A stretch of DNA of 62,929 bases, the filler included, from Perkinsus chesapeaki ATCC PRA-425 (lineage: Eukaryota > Protista > Perkinsozoa), in the NCBI GenBank assembly GCA_013115145.1. It is 9 parts of 9 records of this genome, joined end to end, with 100 filler letters (N's around TTAATTAATTAA, not from the genome) between each part and the next. Parts side by side here need not be neighbours in the genome. Positions count along the whole stretch, not along the records: positions 49,192 to 51,258 come from JAAPAO010001687.1; positions 51,359 to 53,005 come from JAAPAO010001846.1; positions 53,106 to 55,608 come from JAAPAO010001590.1; positions 55,709 to 60,001 come from JAAPAO010001282.1; 5 more parts are not named here. The stretch is one strand, 5' to 3'. The position numbers and the translations under genes were made by a program. The notes below the pieces were generated by a model. That model searched no databases. It saw only the letters and a list, made by a program, of their open reading frames with translations, and had not been told where the DNA came from. Positions 50,218 through 60,101 of this stretch are shown here, piece after piece (the first letter of the stretch is position 1; the number at the start of each line of letters is the position of its first letter).

Positions 50218-51234
50218 ATGGCTTCCAACAACCCGAGAACTATCATCAATGACGAATCTATCATCTACCCAACCATCAAGACCGACGGTACTCCTGAAGA
50301 TGCTGATCTCATCTTTCATCAATCTGGTTTGGATACCTATCGCTATCTTGTTTGGGGATCTAATGTTGGTACTGAAGATCATGATAAATTGATCCATAGA
50401 GGACCCTTTATCCAACGCTCCCCCCATCCTATGGTTAATCCTTCAATGATTATCGATTCCAAGGCCATCACTGAGATGAACACTCTCCACTGGTGCCCCC
50501 TACTATCTCATCATCTGAAGATATCACGTCCCCTATATCCGTCTAAGATCATCACTGTTAAGAAGTCTATCTGGAATCGTTTCGAGCAAGAAGTGGGATC
50601 TCTTAGTATATCTAAGCCTGGTGCTGTATCACCATATATTTGGAGCTCCTTATCTCCGGTTCTGAGGTATTATATCTTACATGGAGAGACTGATACTATT
50701 CTATCTATGGGTGATCGTATTACGATTGATCTAGTGGAAGAACTCGATCTACTAACGGCTCCCACTATCTCCGATCTAGGTACCTTTGCTCGTTATATAT
50801 CTGTTGTAGCTATTGGTATCGCTAACGGTAATTTTATCTTTGACGATGAACATCATATGGCTATCGGGTTAACACCAATGCATGGATTCGATCTACAACA
50901 AGCTAAATCTACTATCAATGGCTGTATCCCTATACCGAGAGACATCTATGAGTGTGTTATCAAGATTAATTATATATCTAAGATGCTTCTCTTTAATTGC
51001 GTCCTAGGTGAAGATGAAGATGTTGACGTCAAATCTGTTGTTTACAAATCTGGTGGTATCTCAAGAGATCTGATCCTAATGAATGTTGGACACATCAGCC
51101 ATCTTTCTGTATCATCTAATGATCTGGTCACCATCGATCGTCTGATTAATGGTATGTATGCTTATCATAAGGTGGAGACTATCGTTGGTTACAATATCGC
51201 TGCCTTGGAGGCCGATACCGATCTAGAGAGTTAA
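50218..51234 (+). CDS. Intronless orphan protein (338 aa) on compositionally foreign contig
   Basis: Long ORF with strongly biased codons (ATC, TCT, GAT, CTA, GGT); no domain recognised. Confidence 0.75.
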   Translation: MASNNPRTIINDESIIYPTIKTDGTPEDADLIFHQSGLDTYRYLVWGSNVGTEDHDKLIHRGPFIQRSPHPMVNPSMIIDSKAITEMNTLHWCPLLSHHLKISRPLYPSKIITVKKSIWNRFEQEVGSLSISKPGAVSPYIWSSLSPVLRYYILHGETDTILSMGDRITIDLVEELDLLTAPTISDLGTFARYISVVAIGIANGNFIFDDEHHMAIGLTPMHGFDLQQAKSTINGCIPIPRDIYECVIKINYISKMLLFNCVLGEDEDVDVKSVVYKSGGISRDLILMNVGHISHLSVSSNDLVTIDRLINGMYAYHKVETIVGYNIAALEADTDLES

Positions 51235-51258
51235 GTATCTATTTCTAGAATGTAGTGT

Positions 51259-51358
51259 NNNNNNNNNNNNNNNNNNNNNNNNNNNNNNNNNNNNNNNNNN
51301 NNTTAATTAATTAANNNNNNNNNNNNNNNNNNNNNNNNNNNNNNNNNNNNNNNNNNNN
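51259..51358. other. Artificial contig-joining linker
   Basis: 44 N + TTAATTAATTAA + 44 N. Confidence 0.98.
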
Positions 51359-51805
51359 GTTGGAACACTCCGCCGGCTCCGAATTTTGTGGCTCTTTGAG
51401 CTCGTAAATATTCATGCATATAGGAGATGGCTGTGGCAGCCTTAACGGCTGCAGCTTCTACCGTATCCGTGCCCTCGCCAGGTGCCGCTGCCCGGTCCAA
51501 ATTCTCGAGTACGCTAGCACTTGCAGTTTTTCGTCCCATTCTCTGCTGGTGAGAGTTTTGTTAGGCGCTCATTACTACGACTAATATGGGCAGAATCATA
51601 CGCAAATGGATACGATATGATGCATCATCTCGGGAATGGAAGATGAAACATGTCGATGAAGTTTGCATGAAAATTGCACGAAGATTACGTGCCCTGGCCT
51701 GGTGTATCGCACGGCGTTGATGGATGATGGTGCATTATTACTCCATGGTGTAAACTAGAAGCATTCGGCAGACTGTAGATCTATAATGGCCCAGAGTCTT
51801 AACTT

Positions 51806-51910
51806 AACTTCTTCTCTTTCCTTTTTTCCTCTTTCTCTTTCTCCTCTTTTTCTCCTCTTCCTCCCCCCTTCTCTCCTTTTTTCTTTTCCCCCCCTTCCTC
51901 GATTTTTCTT
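51806..51910 (+). repeat. Polypyrimidine tract of about 100 bp immediately upstream of tRNA-Lys
   Basis: Almost pure C/T run ending at the tRNA 5' flank. Confidence 0.85.
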
Positions 51911-51913
51911 GCC

Positions 51914-51986
51914 CCCAGCCTAGCTCAGTCGGTAGAGCGCAAGGCTCTTAACCTTGTGGTCGTGGGTTCGAGCCCCACGGTGGGTG
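51914..51986 (+). tRNA. tRNA-Lys(CTT), acceptor stem imperfect
   Basis: D-arm GCTC/GAGC, anticodon stem CAAGG/CCTTG with CTT at 51947-51949, T-arm GTGGG-TTCGAGC-CCCAC, followed by TTTT. The 5' strand CCCAGCC mispairs with GGTGGGT. Confidence 0.85.
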
Positions 51987-52441
51987 TTTTGCATTTGATT
52001 GATCTTGGTACCTTTTCAACATCACTGCTAGTGGAGCATTCCATCAGCGTCCAACACATTATAGCGATAATCTCAAACAATGCCCATCAAACTTCATAGT
52101 ATCTCTTTCAGGCTTTTATCAACATCAAGTATATGATACCAACGTACGAGTCACGTGTTCTCAATTGACATATCATCACCATCCTTGCATGTGGTGCTGC
52201 TGACATCAGTTGTTGGACTCTGGATTATTATTCCATGCCCTTGTGCACCTTAAGTCGGACTCACTACTCTTCCGCTTTGAGTTCGTCATTAATCAACTGA
52301 GTGCGTACGGGGGACGCCACGGTCGAGAATTCTCCAGTGGTTATACGTAGTTAGGTTAGAGATGCTAGAAGTAGTATTCCTATTCCATTGGGAGGCCAAA
52401 CGCTCACGTGATTGCCAGTAACAAATCGATCTTGCTAGAGA

Positions 52442-52948
52442 ATGCCTCCATTCATGGGTGATGGTCAGCTCCCAAAGAGACGTTGTGAAGGGCAAAACTG
52501 CCATGTCAAAAGCAGCGACTCTGTCGAGATCTTTGAACGTGTGATGATTATGCTTAGAGGCAAGCAACGAGGCAGGGCGCTCTTCCAACTGGAGCTGTTA
52601 TTGGATTTAGATTACGTCGTCACGGCTAGCGAACGAGATAAGAAGGTTATTGACTTCAAAGATCCCGATGAAATTGGTGAAATCATGCGACAGTGCGGTT
52701 GCGAGCTCTCGCTTGCTGACGGTGGGCACATCCGAGTGATAATGCTTGTGAGGTATCGTCGCTTCCCAGGTAAACGAGTCGGAACGGAGGCGATAGTCTC
52801 GGCATGTGGAGCAACACTCAGCTTGTCGGCGCGAACTGGACATCCTCACTTCTTCAACACACTCTTTGGTCGGTCGGATGTATCTGGTAAGCCCCCCGTC
52901 GTCGCAGCGACAGTGCTTCCGTCGTTGGCGACCTGTCACGTACCGTGA
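52442..52948 (+). CDS. Group II PLP-dependent decarboxylase (GAD/CSAD-like), 5' part, truncated by contig end
   Basis: KVIDFKDPDEI and IVSACGATLSLSARTGHPHFFNTLFGRSD match the GAD/CSAD N-terminal motif (TGHP.FFNQL). The ORF probably reads through introns. Confidence 0.8.
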   Translation: MPPFMGDGQLPKRRCEGQNCHVKSSDSVEIFERVMIMLRGKQRGRALFQLELLLDLDYVVTASERDKKVIDFKDPDEIGEIMRQCGCELSLADGGHIRVIMLVRYRRFPGKRVGTEAIVSACGATLSLSARTGHPHFFNTLFGRSDVSGKPPVVAATVLPSLATCHVP

Positions 52949-53005
52949 CGCTGCACGCGTCCCGCAAGTCCGTGAAGATGCAATCTCGCTCGCCCACGGA
53001 AGATA

Positions 53006-53105
53006 NNNNNNNNNNNNNNNNNNNNNNNNNNNNNNNNNNNNNNNNNNNNTTAATTAATTAANNNNNNNNNNNNNNNNNNNNNNNNNNNNNNNNNNNNNNN
53101 NNNNN
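53006..53105. other. Artificial contig-joining linker
   Basis: 44 N + TTAATTAATTAA + 44 N. Confidence 0.98.
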
Positions 53106-54250
53106 CTAAAAATGTGTTCTCGGAACGAGGCATATTTGAGGGAGAACCAACGGGAGAAGTAAATCAGAATTCTGTCAACTCCAACTCTTGCCAATCGAGG
53201 TTCGGTAGGTATTGCTACGGTATTAGAATTGGCTATCAGCAGCTGTAGCGGGTCAGTAAAAGCTGATTTGCATATTCTATTTCGTCCCTAATATGACCAG
53301 CGTGCTCGTTGGCACTCTGGTCATGTTTAGATGAATTCTCCTCGTGTGGATATACTACGAAGAATTGCAGTACAACCGACCCTGCGTTATGAACAACCGC
53401 TCAATACCCGTCTATAACCCAGTCCTCGCCATGTTTCCTGTTCTTCTATCTGGCATGTTGACGAATCTCGGTAGGTCATCGAGCAGGAAAACATCCAAAT
53501 AGGCAATACTTCTCATAACCCACTGCAACTTATTGACTGCTCCCGAGATTAATAATCGGAGCCAAAATCCAAATCGTGACCGACGACCTGTTCCAAAGGC
53601 GCATGTACACCACATTGCGGACTTGACAGAATCCTCCCCGTTTGGTTTTTTATAAGAACCAAACACCACCATTCTAAATTACATACATCTGAGAGTAGTA
53701 TGTAGAACGTTTAATGGACAACTCTGGATGATTAAAATCAATAAATAACAACTCAGGTTTGCTTAATACATTACTGAGGTGTCCCTCTCATCATGCTCAT
53801 CTACATAAAGAAAGTAAGATAATGTTTTTTCATATGAGAAAAGTCAAGCCGTATAAGGTTGGCACTTTTGTGGTGCACAGGGTCGAGCTAACCCTACTTT
53901 CCCAAGCATTTAGTGTCATGTCCGAGTTTTTTGAAATTTTCGAAAAAACCTTTCACATCTTCGGAGGCCAGATACGGGATGTCTTCTTGATCCACACTGC
54001 CAACTGCTGTAGAGTCGGTTTTCGCAGCTTCGCTATTTAGAGATAAACAATAGTCGGATAAGCCCAGATCAACCGCACCTGCGACAACGACAGGTTAATA
54101 GTAAGACACTCCATCCAAGGGTTGGACAATCTCGAGCAAAAGGCTCTGTGGAAGCCTGGAAGGAGAGACGTTCCCAGAGATGCCTTTGCCAAAGAAATTT
54201 CAGGTGCTTACCGTAAAGCACCAAATGAACTTTGGTGGTTATAGGTTGTT

Positions 54251-55481
54251 TCAAAGTAATATATAGGTCACAATCTCGAGTGAATCTGCAGTAGTATCAC
54301 TTGGAAATGATGCTGCATTTAATCAGTCAATTTAGGCTTTAATCAGTTTCAATGCTCAAATTGTGGGATATGTGGAATTTATGGGATAACTCAGTCCAAT
54401 GGGGAATATACGCTACATTTCCTCTTACCTATATTCCGGAACTTCACACCCTCATAAGATTTCATAGCAGCTTCGTTCTCCCAGTCGACTCTCATCCACA
54501 CCCCTAGGGCTCCAGGTGCCTTGGCTTTCACCTACATCACTTTAAACCGTCAGGGTACAGCGGGTGTCCCGATGACCGCAACTGATTCAGTTGAACTGAA
54601 GCAGCCCGGAGGAAGCTAGGTCCAATGCCTCCAACGTCGGACTATTCGTGTGTGGCCATCGTACGTCTGCACGAGATCTAACTAAGCAAATTCAAACAAC
54701 TTTACAGTATTATTACAACGCCTCATGAATTTACTGTCGTGGTGTCCAAGGGGCATCTCGGCAGAAAATCGTGGAATTTCGCCGAAATTTTCTTCTGCTT
54801 CCAAAGAAGTCCCCAGGTCCAGTCGATTGCCCAAAACAGCCTCTTACATATTCAATAACCCAATTAATCATTCTCTTCGCCACTCCCTTGTTTCGCCGAT
54901 CTTTACGGACTTGGATGAAGACGATGTAAATCCATGACCGTTCCTCATCGGCAAATCCAAATTCAATGGATCCGACGACCGTCTAAGAAATGACTGTATG
55001 TGATGATGTTAATTGCCGTTTCTAAAGCATGTGTCGAGATTCTAACCTAAGCTCGGTCCTCTAGAGGTTGATAGCGAACCCTAGATCTAACCTGGAAATA
55101 TCCACGTATGTGATGACGGTCCCAAGTAATTTTTGTTAATAATATCTTTACATTCAATTGATTAATGATTTCCTAGTGAACTGCATGCTCAATGCGTTTC
55201 TCCTGTTTGTTTCAGTCGTTTCAGTTTATAGTCCGACGCCCGTTGTTAGGCTTAGACGCCGTGCTTACCTCACTTTCGTCATCAATTGCCACCACCAAAG
55301 CCGAGTTGGGGTATCCTCGAAATGCTACTTCGTCAACTGGACCGTGCGTTTCTTCAACGAGATCGGTTTTCCAGTGTAAATAGAACTTATCCGAGGGCTT
55401 GGCCAAACGGCAATACATGTTCGGTCGAATTGATCGAGCCATCGATAGCCCGAAGAGTAAACAAGAGAGCGGTATGAACAT
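54251..55481 (-). CDS. GNAT-family acetyltransferase with N-terminal signal peptide (multi-exon)
   Basis: Exons 55481-55269 (MFIPLSCLLFGLSMARS...LVVAIDDESE), 54982-54848 (TVVGSIEF...WIYIVFIQVRKDRRNKGVAKRMINWVIEY, motif A) and 54531-54429 (GVWMRVDWENEAAMKSYEGVKF, motif B), joined by canonical phase-0 introns. The last exon is uncertain. Confidence 0.7.
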
Positions 55482-55608
55482 TAATCTTGCTGAATAATGC
55501 AAGAGTGAAGCTAAGATATTGGCCTTCGCCCGAGCATATAATGAGGCTTTTTAGTCGGAAATGGCTAGTTGAAACTTTCTTATCAAACCTTAGCTCAGAA
55601 GGTCGAGT

Positions 55609-55708
55609 NNNNNNNNNNNNNNNNNNNNNNNNNNNNNNNNNNNNNNNNNNNNTTAATTAATTAANNNNNNNNNNNNNNNNNNNNNNNNNNNNNNNNNNNN
55701 NNNNNNNN
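55609..55708. other. Artificial contig-joining linker
   Basis: 44 N + TTAATTAATTAA + 44 N. Confidence 0.98.
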
Positions 55709-57731
55709 GGCTTCCGCGAAGTGCGATAACGCCTCCCAAGGCACGAGTCGAAGCGTCGGTGAACAATAACATTGTTCCAGCGTAACCGTCGAGCGACCTT
55801 TGAATCGGGCCCACTGAGTGGAAGGCATGAGGGTCTGACAAGATGTCGATGAAGAAGCTAGCGGTGATGTTGACTTCGCTCTTCCTGGGGCAAGCTGCAG
55901 CCGGTCGCCCCAGCTTCCGCATCACCGCCAAGAGGCCGTAGAACGGCTGCAGGTAAGGTTTGAGATACTTACGCAGTGAAGCGTAACGATTTAGCTTCCC
56001 TGCGAGCGACGCTAGCTTCTGCTCAGATATACATTCACTTGATACCAGAGCACGCAGATCTGCAAGAAGCTTCTCAGTTTTGGCGGGGTCGATCTCGAAA
56101 CATGGGCTGTCCCGGATGTCAATTCGGATCCCAACAACCGTTCCTTCGGTGAGGTTGAATCGTAGCTTGTCGCAACTTAACCCCGATCCCAAGAGAAGCC
56201 AAAATACTATTATAACGGTTGCGACCTGGGCATAGATTTCGACCCATATACAGAGAAAGCCGTCATCGACATACATATAGGAGCCGAACGGCTTCGATAT
56301 GGACACCGAAAAGGTGGCTCGCAGTATGAGCTCGAGGCATGATAGGGCTAGGTTGGCATAGCGTACGAACCAGTATGCTGCCCCGCTATGTCCAAAAGAT
56401 AGGACCTTATTCTCGTAAGCGACAGTATTGCCGTCTAGAAAGGTGTGGGTAAAGGAGACGTTCTTTCTCTCGCTGGGATGAATGCCAAGGTGTCGATATG
56501 CGGACTTCAGATCAAATTGTAGGATCCTGTATTTGGCGGTGGATTGGCTGGTGGCGTCTGCCAGTGAACTGATGAGTTGGCGCAGATGAGATACAGATGG
56601 CAACCGGGCAGTGTTAGGTATTGTCGAATGCAAATTGGTGTTGCTCCGTTTAAAGTCCTCAACAATCCTCACACCATTTTCAAAAGACCCTGCCTTCGGC
56701 ACTGCTGCGCGGCGAATAAAAGTACGGGCTTCGTTGTGGAGGTCCGTCTCACCGAGGCGCTGGATGTAGCCTTTGTCCTCCTCGTCCCGTACGATCTTGT
56801 CGGCTTTTTCCCTGACCTCGGGCAACATCATAGACTTGTAATTTGTATGGATCTCCGGGGTTTCAAACTCCTCTTGCTTCTTGGGTTTGAACCGTGGATA
56901 GAGATTTGTGTATGGTATCGCAACATCTATGCCTAGAGGCAGGCCCCGTTGGCATATGATAGGGAACTCGATGTCTTTCAGTTGAAGTCGATCGGCGATG
57001 GTGCCCAGCAGAGAGCAGTATATTGAGTTGCCTGCCTCACGCTCTACTATCGAGGGGCCGAGCTCAACGGCTAGTGAACGCCGGGCGCCTGATGCCGCTG
57101 CTAACGCAAAATTTTCAACGCTATTAGCCTGTTCTTTGGTTGGCTTTCCTTTGATTTTCTCGATGAGCGCGGTGAGGCCAGCTGCAGCTCCCTCGTTGAG
57201 CAATAGTTCGCCCAGGCGCTGGCCAAAACTTGCTTGCTGGTTTGTTAACGGTGGTTCTTCTCCAGGCAATATGCATATACCACCATTTCGGAAGTCGCTG
57301 AACTCTTGTTCGGAATCGAGTTCCAGGCAAGCTGTCGCCGCTGTTAGATAGGATGAAATGTAATCTTCGCATCGGCCAACTCCGGTCTTGTGAAGTCCTA
57401 CCTTGCTTTGTAATACGATGGTATCTAGGGAACTTCGTGTCCAAGGAGTTGCGACGCTCTTACCCCCGGGATTGGGTATGGTTACTCGCTTCGGTGCGTG
57501 CTTAGGCGGATCGAGCTGTTCGGTCGAGGAAAGGTTTTGATCAACTTGCTGCTTGGGGCTTCCTTCCTTGCCATCCTCGCCTGAGGATCCAGTAGCTGTA
57601 TACGACTTAAAGCGCAACAAAAGCCGCACACAAGAAAGAGCGAGAACCTTAGCGGTGATAAAGTGCAGTAGAAGAGAATATAGCATTGCGAGGCAAAGAG
57701 AAGTAGAAGCCATGGCTGCTATAGGGCCCAC
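55709..57731 (-). CDS. DIRS/Ngaro-type reverse transcriptase - RNase H ORF, 3'-truncated
   Basis: RIVEDFKRSNTN, FDLKSAYRHLGIHP, LSFGHSGAAYWF, YVDDGF, LASLAGKLNRY and RNase H LFTDAS. Confidence 0.9.
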
Positions 57732-57777
57732 GGTGCGTCATAATTCTCATTATCACACCGTTAGTGATATTGCTGAT

Positions 57778-59046
57778 TTACTCAACTTTGGTTAGCCTCT
57801 TGGAGTTGCCGGATCTCTCACCTTGGCGTGGCTGGCTCTTATCGTGCCGGTAAATGCAGTTGGCTCCGAAGCGGCATCGCCCGCGAGCGAACTGGCGACA
57901 GGGCTCGTCCACTTGCGGACGATTTCGGGCACGATGGGACTGAGCATTAGAACCGCTGTAGGGTGTGCTTGATCGGCTTTCAGCTTGGCAAGCAGCGAGG
58001 ATATCAGCTTGTCCACAAGCAAGCTTATGGCCGAGTGACACGTTAACGTCGGAGTTGCCACCACGAACGGCTTCCAGACGCATACCCAGGTCAGCGGATT
58101 TGATGGCATGCACCGAAGTCCTTTCACCAAGCTCAAAGAGCCTGGCAAGATAAACCAAGGCTTGAGTAGGTGACATTTTGCCTAACATAGCCGCCGACAG
58201 GCAGAACCTGGTTAAGCATAGGGCAACATGAGCCGCTTCGCAGTTAACCGATGCACGGGGGAGCCGGATGTCTTCAGTGTTGAAGGACTTCATGTTGGGA
58301 TCGATTACTATTCTGCTCCTCTTGGCCGACAAAGGGCCGGGCTCGTCGCACTCAGTGAGTTGGACCAATTCATCCTTCTTAATCTTGCTGAGGACCTGGG
58401 TGTCGACAGTGTAGCGGCCAGGGATGGCCATACCAAATTTAGCTTTAAATTTGGCCTGCAAGTTGCCCACCGAGTCAGAAGGAAGGTCGGAGCCCCCACC
58501 GCCTTCCTCTAATCTTCTTTTGAGAGGCCGTGCTGAGCTGCAGTTGCGCCCGACGGCTTTGAGAAATATGAGATTGGCACGATCTGACAGCAGTGGGGCC
58601 AGCTCCTTGCAACTGCTGTCGTCGAGAAGACCCAGCATAGCCACAGTAGTGATGTTGCGAGAAACCAGGACCTTGGCTACGTCAAGCTGCGCACTCTGGG
58701 GGAGGTTGTCGATAATGAAGTCCGACACCGATGACGGCAGCTCCTGCAGGAAGAGGTCAAGCTCAGCGGAATCCCCGTCAGACTGGACGGAGGAAGCGCC
58801 ATCATCTTTTTGGCTACCGGTGACGCTGCTGTTGTCGCCCTCACGGGAATCACTGGCCGGATCGGCCGGAGTTCCCTTGCTAACCTCATGGGGCTGCTTG
58901 ATTGACTGGACAGCTTTGCCCTTGCTGACCGAAAGCTGGTCGTCGATCGGATCCTCCACTTCGTTGACGCCTTTCTCCTTGCCGGCGGCACTCTTCTTCT
59001 TACTGTTGTCAGCATTTGGCTGCTTGCCGTTTTGCTTGGGTTCCAT
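57778..59046 (-). CDS. Gag-like ORF1 (422 aa) with C-terminal CCCH zinc finger
   Basis: Low-complexity N-terminus and PCRQFARGRCRFGANCIYRHD (C-x7-C-x5-C-x3-H), immediately upstream of the RT ORF. Confidence 0.8.
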   Translation of the reverse strand: MEPKQNGKQPNADNSKKKSAAGKEKGVNEVEDPIDDQLSVSKGKAVQSIKQPHEVSKGTPADPASDSREGDNSSVTGSQKDDGASSVQSDGDSAELDLFLQELPSSVSDFIIDNLPQSAQLDVAKVLVSRNITTVAMLGLLDDSSCKELAPLLSDRANLIFLKAVGRNCSSARPLKRRLEEGGGGSDLPSDSVGNLQAKFKAKFGMAIPGRYTVDTQVLSKIKKDELVQLTECDEPGPLSAKRSRIVIDPNMKSFNTEDIRLPRASVNCEAAHVALCLTRFCLSAAMLGKMSPTQALVYLARLFELGERTSVHAIKSADLGMRLEAVRGGNSDVNVSLGHKLACGQADILAACQAESRSSTPYSGSNAQSHRARNRPQVDEPCRQFARGRCRFGANCIYRHDKSQPRQGERSGNSKRLTKVE

Positions 59047-59935
59047 ATTATAAAGGAGGAGAAGGGGAACACTTCGCTAAGAGGTAAGCGCGCCGCGCTG
59101 TGGTGTGCCACCACCGCCTGCTACCATAACGCATCACAATATCATGAGTTAGGAAAGCGACCTCGCGCAAAACATCAGCAGGCAGAGACGGAAAGGAAGT
59201 CTCTCTGAGGGAACTCTCTGCAAAGGCGGGCGCTCGTTGGGTGCTAACGAGCCCCGTAAAGCGAGCGGCGAGGCAGCGGCGCAGTGCCATAGCCGTGGCT
59301 GGCGGCCAGCGGAGCTTGTTATCGTGGCCCACGACTCGTTGGTTTGCTCGGAACAGCATTACCCTGCTGTGCGGACAGCGAGCTTGCTTCGCAGCTTGGG
59401 GAGTGGGCGTAGCCCGATTCACCGTACATGGGCTAACCCGCGCGGGTTGCAATAGCACCGCAGCTGTGCGGAAGCGCGCGCTGCGCCTTGACACGATGTC
59501 ATCGGGTCGCTAACCCGGCGAACAGGACGCCTAGCGGGTCCAGAAGGCATATGAAAAAAAGGAAAGAGGTGGCCTGTAGTAGGATGATAGGGCAGTAGCT
59601 GAAGTGAAACACGACGGCATGCCCAGCTCAAACCGAGGTGGTAGTGGCATCATGAATCACTGTGCTAGCTGCCCTTGAGCTATTTAAAAAAAAAAAAAGG
59701 GTTATCGTGTCGGCCCGAACATTTGGCGTGAAAGCATGCAGCCGGTGGAAGCTAGGTTGAGTGGCGCAAGTGGCACGCACGCGTTGTGTGATTCCTGAAG
59801 AGTGCGCAGCGACGTGCTTCTCGTTTCCGGTGTTTAACTTGGGATAACGAGTTATCCTGTATTAAGGAGATTTTTCGCTGGTACTGGTACTCAGGGAGTC
59901 ACTATACTTTCAATAGGCATGTCTAGCGCTTCCAT

Positions 59936-60001
59936 GACAGCGTGTCCGAGTGGTTAAGGAGGTGGACTAGAAATCCACTGGGCTCTGCCCGCGCAGGTTC
60001 G
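59936..60001 (+). tRNA. tRNA-Ser(AGA), 3' end cut by contig break
   Basis: GACAGCG-TG-TCCGAGTGGTTAAGGA, anticodon stem GTGGA/TCCAC with AGA at 59969-59971, long variable arm GGGCTCTGCCC, then GCAGGTTCG at the contig end. Confidence 0.9.
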
Positions 60002-60101
60002 NNNNNNNNNNNNNNNNNNNNNNNNNNNNNNNNNNNNNNNNNNNNTTAATTAATTAANNNNNNNNNNNNNNNNNNNNNNNNNNNNNNNNNNNNNNNNNNN
60101 N
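60002..60101. other. Artificial contig-joining linker
   Basis: 44 N + TTAATTAATTAA + 44 N. Confidence 0.98.

Larger units (their letters stand above)
55709..59698 (-). mobile_element. Tyrosine-recombinase (DIRS order, Ngaro-like) retrotransposon, 5' portion
   Basis: Intact gag plus DIRS-type RT/RH. Candidate 5' terminus at a T13 run (59686-59698). The recombinase ORF would lie beyond the contig break and is not seen. Confidence 0.75.

Noticed and set aside
49192-51258. Mitochondrial or plastid origin for the foreign contig
   Set aside because: No cox1/cox3/cob, rRNA fragments or plastid genes, and it is not extremely AT-rich.
51303-51539. ORFs ending in X-runs and LIN or N (also 52806-53057, 55653-57731, 61097-61477, 61474-61758, 61478-61792)
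   Set aside because: Their termini are produced by translating through linker Ns; the true ends are unknown.
53106-54250. Possible additional gene downstream of the GNAT
   Set aside because: Some protein-like stretches on the minus strand, but I could not build a consistent exon chain or recognise a domain.
58424-59631. Long antisense and overlapping ORFs around gag (58424-59053 +, 58677-59114 -, 59048-59494 -, 59237-59513 +)
   Set aside because: Shadow frames of GC-rich gag and leader sequence; no recombinase or other motif found.
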